A stretch of DNA of 62,409 nucleotides, filler included, from Candidatus Tectimicrobiota bacterium (lineage in GTDB: Bacteria > JACPSX01), in the NCBI GenBank assembly GCA_016193065.1. It is 7 parts of 7 records of this genome, joined end to end, with 100 filler letters (N's around TTAATTAATTAA, not from the genome) between each part and the next. Parts side by side here need not be neighbours in the genome. Positions count along the whole stretch, not along the records: positions 6,225 to 24,056 come from JACPSX010000259.1; 6 more parts are not named here. The stretch is one strand, 5' to 3'. This document shows, one piece after another, positions 8,222-17,247 of this stretch. The notes beneath the pieces were generated by a model. The model worked only from the letters and a program-made list of their open reading frames with translations. It did no database searches and was not told the origin of the DNA. The position numbers and the translations under genes are program-made. The first letter of the stretch is position 1; the number at the start of each line of letters is the position of its first letter.

Positions 8222-9214
8222 TTAGCGTCCGGGAGCAAACACGATTTGATGCGGTTCTTTTCCGACACTGATTCTCCGAACCGTCGCCAGACTCTTCGCA
8301 TCCAGCAACACCAGCTCTCCTGCCTCCGGACGGGCCGCGACGATCCAGCGGCCGTCCGGGGTGATCTCCACGTGCTCCGGTCCGCTCCCCACCTTCGCCG
8401 TCCGAATGACCGCCATCGCTGCGGTGTCCACGGCCGACACGGTCCCATCTTCGTGACTGGACACGTAGGCCCGGGTCCCGTCCGGGCTCACGGCGACCCC
8501 GTGGGGCTCGTTTCCCACCCGGACTGCGGCCACCCCCTCCGCTTGGGCCACATCGAGCACGGCCAGCGTGCCGCTTCCCTCGTTCACCACATAGAGCCGG
8601 CGCCCGTCCGGGGAGAGGGCCATGTGACCCGGCGCCTGCTTCACCGGGATCCTCCGTGTGATCCGCAAGGCCGCCACGTCGATGACTACGACATTGTTGG
8701 CCTCCATATTGGAGACAAAGGCCGTCTGCCCATCCGCGGAGAACACCGCGTAATTTGCGCCTGCTCCCGTCTCAATGTCCCCCACGGCCCGCAGGGCCTG
8801 AACATCCACCACAACGGCGCGCCCCGCCTCCGACCGGGTGACATAGAGCCAGCGGCCGTCCGGGCTGAGACTCAAGTGGTGGGAACCCTTCCCGACGCCC
8901 ACCCGTCCGACCATCGAGCCGCTGGTAGAATCCACCACTTCCAGGGCGTCCCCCTTTGTGAGGTCGGCGGCAAAGACCCTGCGGCCATCCCGGGTGACGG
9001 CCGCACCGTGAGGCTCCACGGATAGAGGGAGCCTGGACAGCACCCGACCGGCGCCCAGGTCCACCACGGACACCGCCTTGCCCGGCCCCATGGCAACATA
9101 GGCGATACCTTCCCAGGAGGGAGGGGTACCCGCGCCGGCGCAGCCCGCCAGCGCCACGATGATTGCAGCCATCCCGGTCCACCACCAACGGTTCCGGCGC
9201 TTCGCGTACGTCAT
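8222..9214 (-). CDS. YVTN/YncE-type beta-propeller lipoprotein
   Basis: Lipobox LAGC; repeated PHG/PGH..(L/V)SPDGR..YV..V.V.D blades. Confidence 0.85.
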   Translation of the reverse strand: MTYAKRRNRWWWTGMAAIIVALAGCAGAGTPPSWEGIAYVAMGPGKAVSVVDLGAGRVLSRLPLSVEPHGAAVTRDGRRVFAADLTKGDALEVVDSTSGSMVGRVGVGKGSHHLSLSPDGRWLYVTRSEAGRAVVVDVQALRAVGDIETGAGANYAVFSADGQTAFVSNMEANNVVVIDVAALRITRRIPVKQAPGHMALSPDGRRLYVVNEGSGTLAVLDVAQAEGVAAVRVGNEPHGVAVSPDGTRAYVSSHEDGTVSAVDTAAMAVIRTAKVGSGPEHVEITPDGRWIVAARPEAGELVLLDAKSLATVRRISVGKEPHQIVFAPGR

Positions 9215-9263
9215 CTCGTGTTTCCTTTCCACAACGTGCCGGGAATACTGCCCGGAAAACTGT

Positions 9264-10235
9264 TCACCGCGCGACAGGGAGGCCGGGATCGGCCGCCCAC
9301 TCCACGAACGAGCCATCGTACAGGCGCACCTTCGGATACCCCAGGAGACGCAGCACAAAGTAGGTGTGGGAAGCGCGGACGCCCGTCCGGCAGTACACCA
9401 GGATCTCCTTGTCCGGCGTTACGCCCGCCCTGCGATACAGGCGCGCCAGCTCCGCGCCAGCCTTGAACCGCCGGGTCTCCGTTGGGGTGAGGTTTCGCAC
9501 CCAGTCCACGTTCACGGCCCCGGGGATGTGCCCGGGGCGCGACACTTCTCTCCCCGGGACCTCCCCATCGAATTCCTCGGGGGAGCGGCTATCCACCAGC
9601 ACCGCCGCGGGGTCGTCCAGGCGGGCCTTTACCCAAGCTGCGTCCGCAAGCCTGGTGGAATCAGGCGCCGCGCGATAGCGCGTGACCAGCGGTTGTGACG
9701 GATCACGGGCGACCGGCCGGCCCTCCCGCTGCCACAGCCCGAATCCCCCTTGCAGAACGCTCACCCGGGGGTGACCCATGAAATCCAGAGCCCAGAACAA
9801 CCGGGTCGCCTGATCGCCGCCGAAGTCGTCATAGATGACCACCCGGCTCTCGCGTGTTACCCCCCGGGCCCCCAGCGCCTGCTCCACCTCCCGGACGGGG
9901 GTCAGCATCCCGGGGACCCCGTTGATGGTCCGGCTAACCTCGGCGACGGGCAGGTTGACCGCGCCTGGAATGTGGCCGGCAGCGTACCGCTCCGGGCTGC
10001 GGGCATCGAGGATCCGGACCCCGGCTTCCCCGAGGTGGTCGGCCACCTCCTGTCCAGAGGCGAGGAGCGCCGCGTTCCCATAACCCTGGGCCTTCGCCTG
10101 GTCCCCCCAGCACTGCGCGTATCCTGTCGACGCGATCAGCAGCAGTACGGCAACCACTGCGCCGGCCCATGCCCACCGTTGTCTTACAGAGCTCAACACC
10201 GACCCCTCAGAGAAAAGCAGTCTCACCTTCTTCAT
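9264..10235 (-). CDS. Exported tandem-domain rhodanese sulfurtransferase (SseA/TST-like)
   Basis: Two GHIPGAVN repeats, active site YCRTGVRA, C-terminal LYDGSFVEW; N-terminal signal-like segment. Confidence 0.9.
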   Translation of the reverse strand: MKKVRLLFSEGSVLSSVRQRWAWAGAVVAVLLLIASTGYAQCWGDQAKAQGYGNAALLASGQEVADHLGEAGVRILDARSPERYAAGHIPGAVNLPVAEVSRTINGVPGMLTPVREVEQALGARGVTRESRVVIYDDFGGDQATRLFWALDFMGHPRVSVLQGGFGLWQREGRPVARDPSQPLVTRYRAAPDSTRLADAAWVKARLDDPAAVLVDSRSPEEFDGEVPGREVSRPGHIPGAVNVDWVRNLTPTETRRFKAGAELARLYRRAGVTPDKEILVYCRTGVRASHTYFVLRLLGYPKVRLYDGSFVEWAADPGLPVAR

Positions 10236-10318
10236 GGGCCATCTCCCCAGTCAGGAGGAGGATCGAGGCACCTCCAGAAAACGGATCAAGATTGGAAATC
10301 AGCGTTCGCCGGGGTGGA

Positions 10319-10597
10319 TCAGGCAGGCAATTCGGGGGGATGATCGATGGACTGAGCCAGGGACCAGATTGGATAGACCTCAGGCAAAGAACTTACGCCT
10401 GCATCCGGAAAAGCGTAGGGCACAAGAACAACCGGAAGGGGGATCTCCACGGAGCCGGCATTCAGGATGCCGCAGAAATCGCTGCTGCTCTGAGCAGGCG
10501 CAGTCGTCGCTGCTTCTGTACCCGGCACATCGAAGGCACAAAGGACGACCATTATAGTGAACAGGAGCAGGAAAATCTTTGCAGAATCAGATTTCAC
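10319..10597 (-). CDS. Small secreted/membrane leader ORF ending IDHPP (candidate CutF/DUF2946-like regulatory peptide)
   Basis: 92 aa: hydrophobic N-terminus ending in Cys, SSSDFC, Pro-rich tail SIDHPPELPA; first ORF of the sulfurtransferase block. Confidence 0.6.
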   Translation of the reverse strand: MKSDSAKIFLLLFTIMVVLCAFDVPGTEAATTAPAQSSSDFCGILNAGSVEIPLPVVLVPYAFPDAGVSSLPEVYPIWSLAQSIDHPPELPA

Positions 10598-10672
10598 CGT
10601 GGGTTCCCATCAATCCCGGCCTGCAAGGTTTCGGGAGGTTGGGCCTTCCTCCCGAGACCCGATAGGACTTCC

Positions 10673-10701
10673 TGGTTACCACCCCTGCCGGGGGCTGTCA
10701 A
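10673..10701 (-). promoter_or_regulatory. Candidate sigma70 promoter with a G/C-tract dyad in the spacer
   Basis: Minus strand TTGACA-GCCCCCGGCAGGGGTGG(17)-TAACCA; perfect -35, weak -10. Confidence 0.4.
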
Positions 10702-10932
10702 TGGGTATTTCTCCCTCAGCCAAAATGATCTTGTGATGCATTAACGTGCCCTGACAGGGCACTTATGCAATCCAAACTATAACAACCGCGCCAGCAAGAA
10801 CCTCCACACGCGGGGTCTCTGAGAAGGGGGTGGAGGCCCGCGACGGCGCGCCCGTGGCCGCCCCTGCCTGCGCGGTGCTGTTGCTCAGGGCGGCAAGCAG
10901 GCGGGTCTAGCCCAACTTTGACAACTCGGGGT

Positions 10933-11104
10933 GCTGATGATATTAAGCATTCTGAAGAGGAAAACCGCTTCTCTGCCCTCGGGCATACGGATAGCAGCAG
11001 GATGCTCTTTGTCGTATTCATTGTCGCGACGTGACAAAATACGGGTGATATCGGCAGGGGATATGAACCGCAAGGAAAGGAAGGTGTACGAGTCCCATGA
11101 ATAA
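10933..11104 (+). pseudogene. BrnT-family toxin remnant (5'-truncated, frameshifted)
   Basis: Manual translation DDIKHSEEENRFSALGHTDSSRMLFVVF / RRDKIRVISAGDMNRKERKVYE, with a one-base shift near 11025. Confidence 0.75.
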
Positions 11105-11361
11105 AAAGATACCCAAGTTCAAGAGCGAAGATGAGGAAGTTCTGGGCTACCCATGATTCCAGCGAGTACATCGGCTGGAAGAAGGCAAAACGGGTCGTAT
11201 TGCCCGAACTCAAGCCCTCGCTTAAGACCATCTCCTTGAGGCTTCCGGAGTCGATGATAGAGGAACTGAAGCTCCTTGCTCACAAAAGGGATGTGCCTTA
11301 TCAGTCGCTCCTGAAACTGTTCTTGTCGGAAAAGATAAGCGAGGAACTGAAGGCTCACTGA
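11097..11361 (+). pseudogene. BrnA/CopG-family antitoxin with a frameshift near 11135
   Basis: MNKKIPKFKSEDEE from ATG 11097, continuing in another frame as KFWATHDSSEY...KTISLRLP...KRDVPYQSL. Confidence 0.75.
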
Positions 11362-11397
11362 CGCACGGGTGACACCGGCGGCCGGAGCATTGTCTGC

Positions 11398-11460
11398 ATG
11401 CGAAGAACCAATATCGATCTTGACGAAAAACTGGTGAAGGCGGCTATGAGTCTCACCTGA
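11398..11460 (+). pseudogene. VapB-like antitoxin N-terminal remnant
   Basis: MRRTNIDLDEKLVKAAMSLT then stop; GGAG RBS; no vapC downstream. Confidence 0.55.
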
Positions 11461-12082
11461 CGCGCCGGGTGCCCGCCGACCGGGTCATCAACGCTCTTCC
11501 GCCCAGGGTTCGCAACCGCAAGCCGCCCAAGGCTCGCCCGCCCCGGGTGGTCGAGTTCCTCCGCAAGGCCCTCGAATGGTCCGTCGACCGGCGATCACTG
11601 AGCGCGCCCCTGGCCCATCGCGCAGCTCAAAGAGAACCGCGAGAGCAGTGGATCGCTTTTTCCGCGATGCAAGTATGAGAATCATGTTTCGGAAAGTGTC
11701 CGAAGCTACATGCCTCCAGCATCTTTCCGTCCGCTCGCACCATGAGCATCACCCTGCAGTCATCCCGAGATCTACTATATGGAGAGCAGGAATGCCTCGG
11801 AACTCGCCCCCATCGTCACTACAATCGGCGTACATCTGTCTTCACCAGACTCCTCATCAGGCATACTTATGTGGACGTTTAGCAGACGCAAACGTTGATC
11901 TGGATGCAAACCGAATCGGAGATTCGCACTGCGCAGTAGGGAGCGAGCGCGGTCCGGTAGGCGTCCTTCGCCCCGGCTTGGGCCTTCTCCAGCCCGCCCT
12001 TCGCGGTTTCAACCGGCTTGCGCAGGGCGTCGAGGCTCGAATGGGACTTGCAAATTAGAAATTTGTTTCTATAATACAAAAT

Positions 12083-13237
12083 ATGATCCGGCGGGCGGTA
12101 CGTGAGCTTGTTCTGGAACGCCTGGGGGCCTATCCGGCTGTGTTGCTCGTCGGGCCGCGCCAGTGCGGAAAAACGACCCTGGCCCGGGCGATCGGCGGGA
12201 CGTATTTCGACCTGGAACAGCAGCCCGAACGCCTGCGCCTCGACCTCGAATGGGAGACGATCGTCGCCCAGAGGAACCTGGTCATCCTGGACGAGGCCCA
12301 ATCCTGGCCCGAAGTCTTCGCCCGGCTGCGCGGAGCCATCGACCGGGACCGCAAACGCACTGGCCGTTTTCTGCTCCTGGGCTCCGTCTCACCCTCGCTC
12401 ATGGTGCAAGTGTCGGAGTCGCTGGCAGGTCGCTTGTCGCTGGTGGAGCTGACGCCGCTTCTATTGACCGAACTGAAAGCGAAGGTGTCGCAAGGCCGGC
12501 GATGGCTGTGTGGCGGCTATCCGGACGGCGGCGTGCTCGAACCCAAGCGCTTTCCCCGATGGCAGCGGGATTACGCGGCGCTCCTGTCTCAGCGCGACCT
12601 GCCGGCGTGGGGCCTTCCGGCCAAGTCGCAGACGACGGATCGCCTGCTGCGCATGCTGGCCGCGCTGAACGGCCAGGCCTGGAACGCCTCGCAGGTGGGC
12701 CAAAGTCTCGGCCTGTCCTACCAGACGGTCAACAGCTACCTCGATTATCTCGCGGGAGCCTTCCTGATCCGGAGGTTGCCGCCGTACCAGGCGAATCTCA
12801 GAAAACGATTGGTCAAGAGCCCCAAGATCTACTGGCGGGACAGCGGCCTGCTTCATACCTTGCTGAACGTATCGGACGAAAACACCTTGCTCGCCCAACC
12901 GTGGGTGGGTGCGAGCTGGGAGAGCTACGTGATCGAACAGGCGCTCGGGGTGCTTTCGAGCAAAGGGCGGACCTACGATGCCTACTACTTCAGGACCAGC
13001 GATCAATACGAGCTCGATCTCATGCTGGACTTCGGGAAGGATCTGTGGGCCATCGAGATCAAACTGACGTCCTCTCCAGGCCCCGAGGATATGGCCCGAT
13101 TGGACAAGACGGCCGATCTGGTCAAGGCGTCGCGGCGCTTCCTGGTCTCGCAGACTCGCCGACCGAGCGGCGATGAACGCCGCGTCTCTTGCGACCTTCC
13201 GTCCTTCCTCGATCGCCTCCGCGAGAACGAATCGTAA
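12083..13237 (+). CDS. AAA+ ATP-binding protein (AAA_14 + DUF4143)
   Basis: GPRQCGKTT, ILDEAQ, LLGS, ESLAGR, GGYP, KSPKIYWRDSGL, YYFRT..ELDL..IEIK. Confidence 0.9.
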   Translation: MIRRAVRELVLERLGAYPAVLLVGPRQCGKTTLARAIGGTYFDLEQQPERLRLDLEWETIVAQRNLVILDEAQSWPEVFARLRGAIDRDRKRTGRFLLLGSVSPSLMVQVSESLAGRLSLVELTPLLLTELKAKVSQGRRWLCGGYPDGGVLEPKRFPRWQRDYAALLSQRDLPAWGLPAKSQTTDRLLRMLAALNGQAWNASQVGQSLGLSYQTVNSYLDYLAGAFLIRRLPPYQANLRKRLVKSPKIYWRDSGLLHTLLNVSDENTLLAQPWVGASWESYVIEQALGVLSSKGRTYDAYYFRTSDQYELDLMLDFGKDLWAIEIKLTSSPGPEDMARLDKTADLVKASRRFLVSQTRRPSGDERRVSCDLPSFLDRLRENES

Positions 13238-13450
13238 AGGGGAAGGACTCCATCCAGCCGACCTCCTCCTTCGGGCTGACGTGCTTGTCGGTGTAGGCGC
13301 AGGCGGCCTTGTTGATGGACTCCTTGAGAGCGGCAAGGGGGATCACCTCCTCTTCCGTCCCGGGGTAGAGTGGCAGGCGGAATTTCTGAGATCCGGGCAG
13401 CTCAAGCAACAGGCACTGTTGCCCGTCCCCGGCATGAGGACGAACGGGTC

Positions 13451-13526
13451 GTCAAAAGCGATGGTTGAAAAATACACTCTTCACAACGCCCGCCGTATCC
13501 ATGACCACCCGCAGCACCATATGGTT
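13451..13526 (-). repeat. Direct repeat copy 1: duplicated 3' end of the metal-dependent hydrolase gene (att-like)
   Basis: 74/76 identical to 17248-17323; encodes NHMVLRVVMDTAGVVKSVFFNHRF*. Confidence 0.92.
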
Positions 13527-13824
13527 TCCCCCCTGCCCTGCGCAGGTGCTGAGCCGTAGGGACGACTTTGCCCTGGACGCTCGGCAGAAGCTGTCGTGCT
13601 TTCCGCTTGAAGCCCTCCGGGCAACGCGAATCACACGGGTCCGGCCAGCAGCCCAAGCAGCATTGTCCGGCAGGCGCGAGGGGTCGCCTCGGCCACCAAA
13701 GGTGCAATATCGAGATGTGCCCGTGCAGTGGCGACTTGTCCCGAACACTCTCCGCTGAGATCTCCCGGATCGGGAGCGCCACCTCGATCAGGCGGGGGCA
13801 AGTTGTGTCGTTTTGTATGGTCAT
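13527..13824 (-). pseudogene. DUF1156 DNA-methylase-associated protein N-terminal remnant
   Basis: MTIQNDTTCPRLIEVALPIREISAESVRDKS..HGHISILHLWWPRRPLA..WPDPCD; truncated against the direct repeat. Confidence 0.7.
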
Positions 13825-13946
13825 TTGCGTTCTCTCAGCATATACGCCCGGTACGGGTCCTTGGGACCGCTGCTTCGCCAGCGTAAACGGACAGGATACC
13901 TCGGCGAAGAGCTCGGACGCTACTCGGACATCAATATCGTCCGAGT

Positions 13947-14264
13947 TCATTTCCGAGCATGGCTGCTCATCAAGGAATGTGTTTCGGGCCAGCCGCGACT
14001 GCGCTCGTAGCGCATGGCCACGTCCATGGCGATGGACTCGACCTCGTTGTCCCGGCGCATCGGAACACCCTTCGACGGCCCTTCTTCCTCGCTTTCCACG
14101 GTGGCCATGGGCACTGGAGCAATCACGGCTTCCGTCAGGAGATCGGGGAGATCGGCGGTCAGGCGCTCGAAGCTGCGCACACCGAACAGGTCGAGCAGCC
14201 ACTGGTGGAGCACCAGCCGTTGCTCGAAGCGCAGTCTATCGGCTGTCTTCGACTGCCTGGGCAT
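13947..14264 (-). pseudogene. Chimeric remnant: type III Res-like N-terminus fused to a DUF3883-like helicase C-terminal fragment
   Basis: RFEQRLVLHQWLLDLFGV..FE.L followed by EVESIAMDVAMRYERSRGW; no complete domain. Confidence 0.5.
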
Positions 14265-14956
14265 CAGACTCCGATCCCCTGTCTAAGTCGTTCCAACTTG
14301 CGAATCCATTCGTCAAAGTGTCTGCACTTCGACCGGAGCGCGGAAAGCCCGATCTTTTCGGCCACCAGCGGTCCTGCGGAGACCTTCATCCCCTCATACT
14401 CCGGAATTTCCTTTATGATGCGCTTGGAAGGCGCGGCGTCATCCCCGTCGTCAATCAACTCGGGAGAATTGAATTCGGATGCCATCTGAATGAGGTTCTG
14501 AATAGCGGCGTCGTGTTCGAGGTATATCCAGTCCAGTTTTCGCGGGTCAGCCAACAACAACGCCTCAAACTCGTGAAGTTGAATGTACGGAACAAATCGC
14601 GAATTCCCAATGTCTTTGTGCATAGCATTTTCCAGAGCCGATACGCGACCATAGGGATCGGTTATCCCGTGTGCGTTTTCATAGCCGGGGAAATTGCTCG
14701 GCAAGGCGTAAAGGTCAAACATGGTGGTGAAGACCACGTCTGGATTCTGATCTTCCTTCATCCACAATTGGATGTCCCTCTTGGCTTGTTCGTAGCTTCG
14801 AAGACCGCCCCGATATTTGACCCCACGCTTTCGGCTTGTCATGACACAGCGGACCTTGCCCCAAACGGAGCAATTTGCCAGATGGGGAATCAGTATCCGG
14901 TTGACGAAGGTTTCCTCCGTTTGGCCTTCAACGATAAAGTGAAGCCTCACACTCAT
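14264..14956 (-). CDS. DUF4276 family protein (TOPRIM-like)
   Basis: LHFIVEGQTEETFV, TTMFDLY, PYIQLHEFEALL, PELIDD..APSKRI, CRHFDEWI; ATGA-coupled to the ATPase. Confidence 0.85.
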   Translation of the reverse strand: MSVRLHFIVEGQTEETFVNRILIPHLANCSVWGKVRCVMTSRKRGVKYRGGLRSYEQAKRDIQLWMKEDQNPDVVFTTMFDLYALPSNFPGYENAHGITDPYGRVSALENAMHKDIGNSRFVPYIQLHEFEALLLADPRKLDWIYLEHDAAIQNLIQMASEFNSPELIDDGDDAAPSKRIIKEIPEYEGMKVSAGPLVAEKIGLSALRSKCRHFDEWIRKLERLRQGIGV

Positions 14957-16065
14957 GCTGGCCGCCCTCCGAGCACATTCTTTTCCCACAACTCGGAGAG
15001 CGAATAGTTCTTCAGCCACTCCTCAAGGGCTCTGCCGTCCAAGCGACAAAACTTGGATTCTCGCTGTTCGCGCTCCACCACGACAATGTCGTTCGGCTCG
15101 AAGCAGTCAACGAGGGCCATCGATTGCGTTGCCACAATGACCTGAGTCTTCTCCGAAACGCCGCGAATCAGTCCTCCCACTAGGTTGATGGCGTAGGGAT
15201 GAAGCCCAAGCTCCGGTTCGTCGAGAATCAAAACATCTGGAAGGTCCCTTTCGGGCTGGAGGAGAAGCGTCACCAACGCCATCGCCCGCAGCATGCCGTC
15301 CGCAGCTTGCGATGCGTTGAACACTCGGTCACTGCTTTGCTCACGCCATTTCAAGAGGAGCCTGCTGTTCTCCGGCTCCAACTCGAAGTCGGCAAAGAAC
15401 GGCAGGATCAGCCGGATCGTCTCCACGATTCGCGAGTAATACCTGGGCTCATTTTGTTGCAAGCGGCGCAGGAAGGGTGCCAGGTTAGCGGCGTCTTCTT
15501 TGAGCCAGCGGTTGTCTTCCACGTCCCATTTGCTGCGCATTCGAGCCGTAGCCGAGGTGTTGTGGAACTGGTACACGATGATCTTGCGCAGGAGACCGAG
15601 AATCACTCGGGCCGTGGTATTGCCCTCGTCAGCCTTCGCGATGAGGTTCGGCTCCCGATGTCCGGCACCCAGTTCCTGCCAATAGGCTGGTGACGGCAAT
15701 CCCTCTTTGGAGAAACGGAATCGTTCATCGGTGTAAATCAGTGTATCGCCCGCGGCAAAGACGAGCCGAAAAGTATATTGGTTTTCCCCGGCGTTGGTCA
15801 CCAATGTCAGGTCAGCTTCGATTTCGCGGGTTATGGCCGGCCCATCGTGTAGCAGGGCACTCGCCCCGCCCAATTCGCTGACGTGAACTTGCAGGTTTCC
15901 AGGCGAAGCGAGCGTCCAGGAGAGCATTCGAAAGAAGGAGATGAAGTTCGACTTTCCCGCGCCGTTCGGACCGATGAGTACGGTTAGGGAACCGGGCTTG
16001 AAATCCGAAAGGTCGCGGATGGTCTTAAATCCCTTTAGGGTCAATTTCCCCAATCGGTTTCGCAT
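14953..16065 (-). CDS. ABC/SMC-like AAA ATPase (AAA_21 type)
   Basis: GFKTI, Walker A GPNGAGKSN, signature-like ADGMLR, Walker B ILDEPELGLHP; H-loop position reads VATQS. Confidence 0.9.
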   Translation of the reverse strand: MRNRLGKLTLKGFKTIRDLSDFKPGSLTVLIGPNGAGKSNFISFFRMLSWTLASPGNLQVHVSELGGASALLHDGPAITREIEADLTLVTNAGENQYTFRLVFAAGDTLIYTDERFRFSKEGLPSPAYWQELGAGHREPNLIAKADEGNTTARVILGLLRKIIVYQFHNTSATARMRSKWDVEDNRWLKEDAANLAPFLRRLQQNEPRYYSRIVETIRLILPFFADFELEPENSRLLLKWREQSSDRVFNASQAADGMLRAMALVTLLLQPERDLPDVLILDEPELGLHPYAINLVGGLIRGVSEKTQVIVATQSMALVDCFEPNDIVVVEREQRESKFCRLDGRALEEWLKNYSLSELWEKNVLGGRPA

Positions 16066-16074
16066 TGGTGCCTC

Positions 16075-16848
16075 CTACACGTCCTGCACGTCGAACATGA
16101 GCCGCCTGAATTCCTCCTCGATGAGCCGGACTTTCCAGGTCTGGTCGAGCTTGCGGAGGTTCTCCAGGTTGTTGTCGCCGTTCATGTAGATGACGTCGAA
16201 TTCCTGGTCCTTGGTGCTGTAGCCCTGCTTGCGCAACCACGCGTCGAGGGCCTGCTGTGGCCCCGTGCGCTTGACCTTGAGGTTGTTGAACGTGTCCTCG
16301 TAGGATTCGAGGCGGAGGACCTTCACAATACGCGGGCTGCGCTCGGCCTCTTCTTCCGTGGCCATCCGTTTCGGCTTTCCGTCCTTCCACTGGACGGGAC
16401 GAACATCGGACGCGCGGGCGCTGGCGAAGTGCGTCGACGTGACCACGATCTCGTCCGCCTCAAAGGGATTGGGCACCCCCCGAGCCTGTCGGTCCCGGTA
16501 CTCCTTCGCGTCGAGGATGACCGTCGGCAGGTTGAACTTCTCCGCGAGCTCGAGCGCCCACTGCTTGCGAATGGATGCGGGGCAGATGACGAGGAGCCGT
16601 CGCCGCCTTTCGGCCCAGAGCTGGCAGAGGACCAGGCCGGCCTCGATGGTTTTCCCAAGACCGACCTCGTCCGCGAGAAGGACGCCCTTGGAGATAGGAG
16701 ACCGGAAGGCGAACAGTGCCGCCTCGATCTGGTGCGGATTCAGATCAACGCACGCGTCGAAAAGGGACCGGGAAAGACCCTCCACCCCTGCCCCGCCGAT
16801 GCGGGTCAGCTCGCACGCAAAGTACTTGGCGTGGTAGGCCGTGCTCAT
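16075..16848 (-). pseudogene. In-frame chimera of an SNF2 helicase N-terminus and type III Mod methyltransferase C-terminal fragments
   Basis: LNPHQ..LLADEVGLGKTIEAG..ICPASIRKQW stops just before Walker B, then WKDGKP..LRLESYEDTFNNL and FDVIYMNGDNNL..LIEEEFRRLMF. Confidence 0.7.
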
Positions 16849-17069
16849 CGTGGAGTCTTCCCCTTCGGTCGCTTGTTCTCGCTTTCATCCAGCTCGCGTT
16901 TCATCTCCAAGAGTCGTTTTACGAGAAAAGGGAGGGGTACTCGCTTGCCGTTCTCCCAGTGGTTCACGGTGCTGTAGGTGACGCCGACCGTCTGGGCGAA
17001 CTGCTCCTGGGTGAGATCGAGCCGTTGTCGAAGCTCTTTGATGAGCGCCGGAATGGCCTCATTCTTCAT
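16845..17069 (-). CDS. XRE-family HTH regulator (controller-like)
   Basis: IKELRQRLDLTQEQFAQTVGVTYSTVNHWENGK; GAGG RBS; coupled to the helicase start. Confidence 0.85.
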   Translation of the reverse strand: MKNEAIPALIKELRQRLDLTQEQFAQTVGVTYSTVNHWENGKRVPLPFLVKRLLEMKRELDESENKRPKGKTPR

Positions 17070-17122
17070 GGAGCCACCTCGAACCTTCATTTTGCGGACG
17101 CGATGGGAACATGTAGGGCGAT

Positions 17123-17152
17123 ATGCTAGCTTACATGATGGGGTGTTGTCAA
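17123..17152 (-). promoter_or_regulatory. sigma70-type promoter for the island operon
   Basis: Minus strand TTGACA-N18-TAGCAT. Confidence 0.5.
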
Positions 17153-17247
17153 TCTTCCTTCTCGTCCCGGGGCCGGAGTGGCTGGAATCCGGACAGACCA
17201 CGCTGCGGGCATCATCGTCCGTCTCCCGGCATCGGGGCAGGTGGGCG

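Noticed and set aside
10737-10769. Palindrome TGCATTAACGTGCCCTGACAGGGCACTTATGCA
   Set aside because: Single copy, no U-tract and no linked gene, so no function can be supported.
11455-12060. Short coding-like fragments (..PPRVVEFLRKALEW; ..KDAYRTALAPY) and 13240-13410
   Set aside because: They look like gene debris but are too short to assign to a family without a search.
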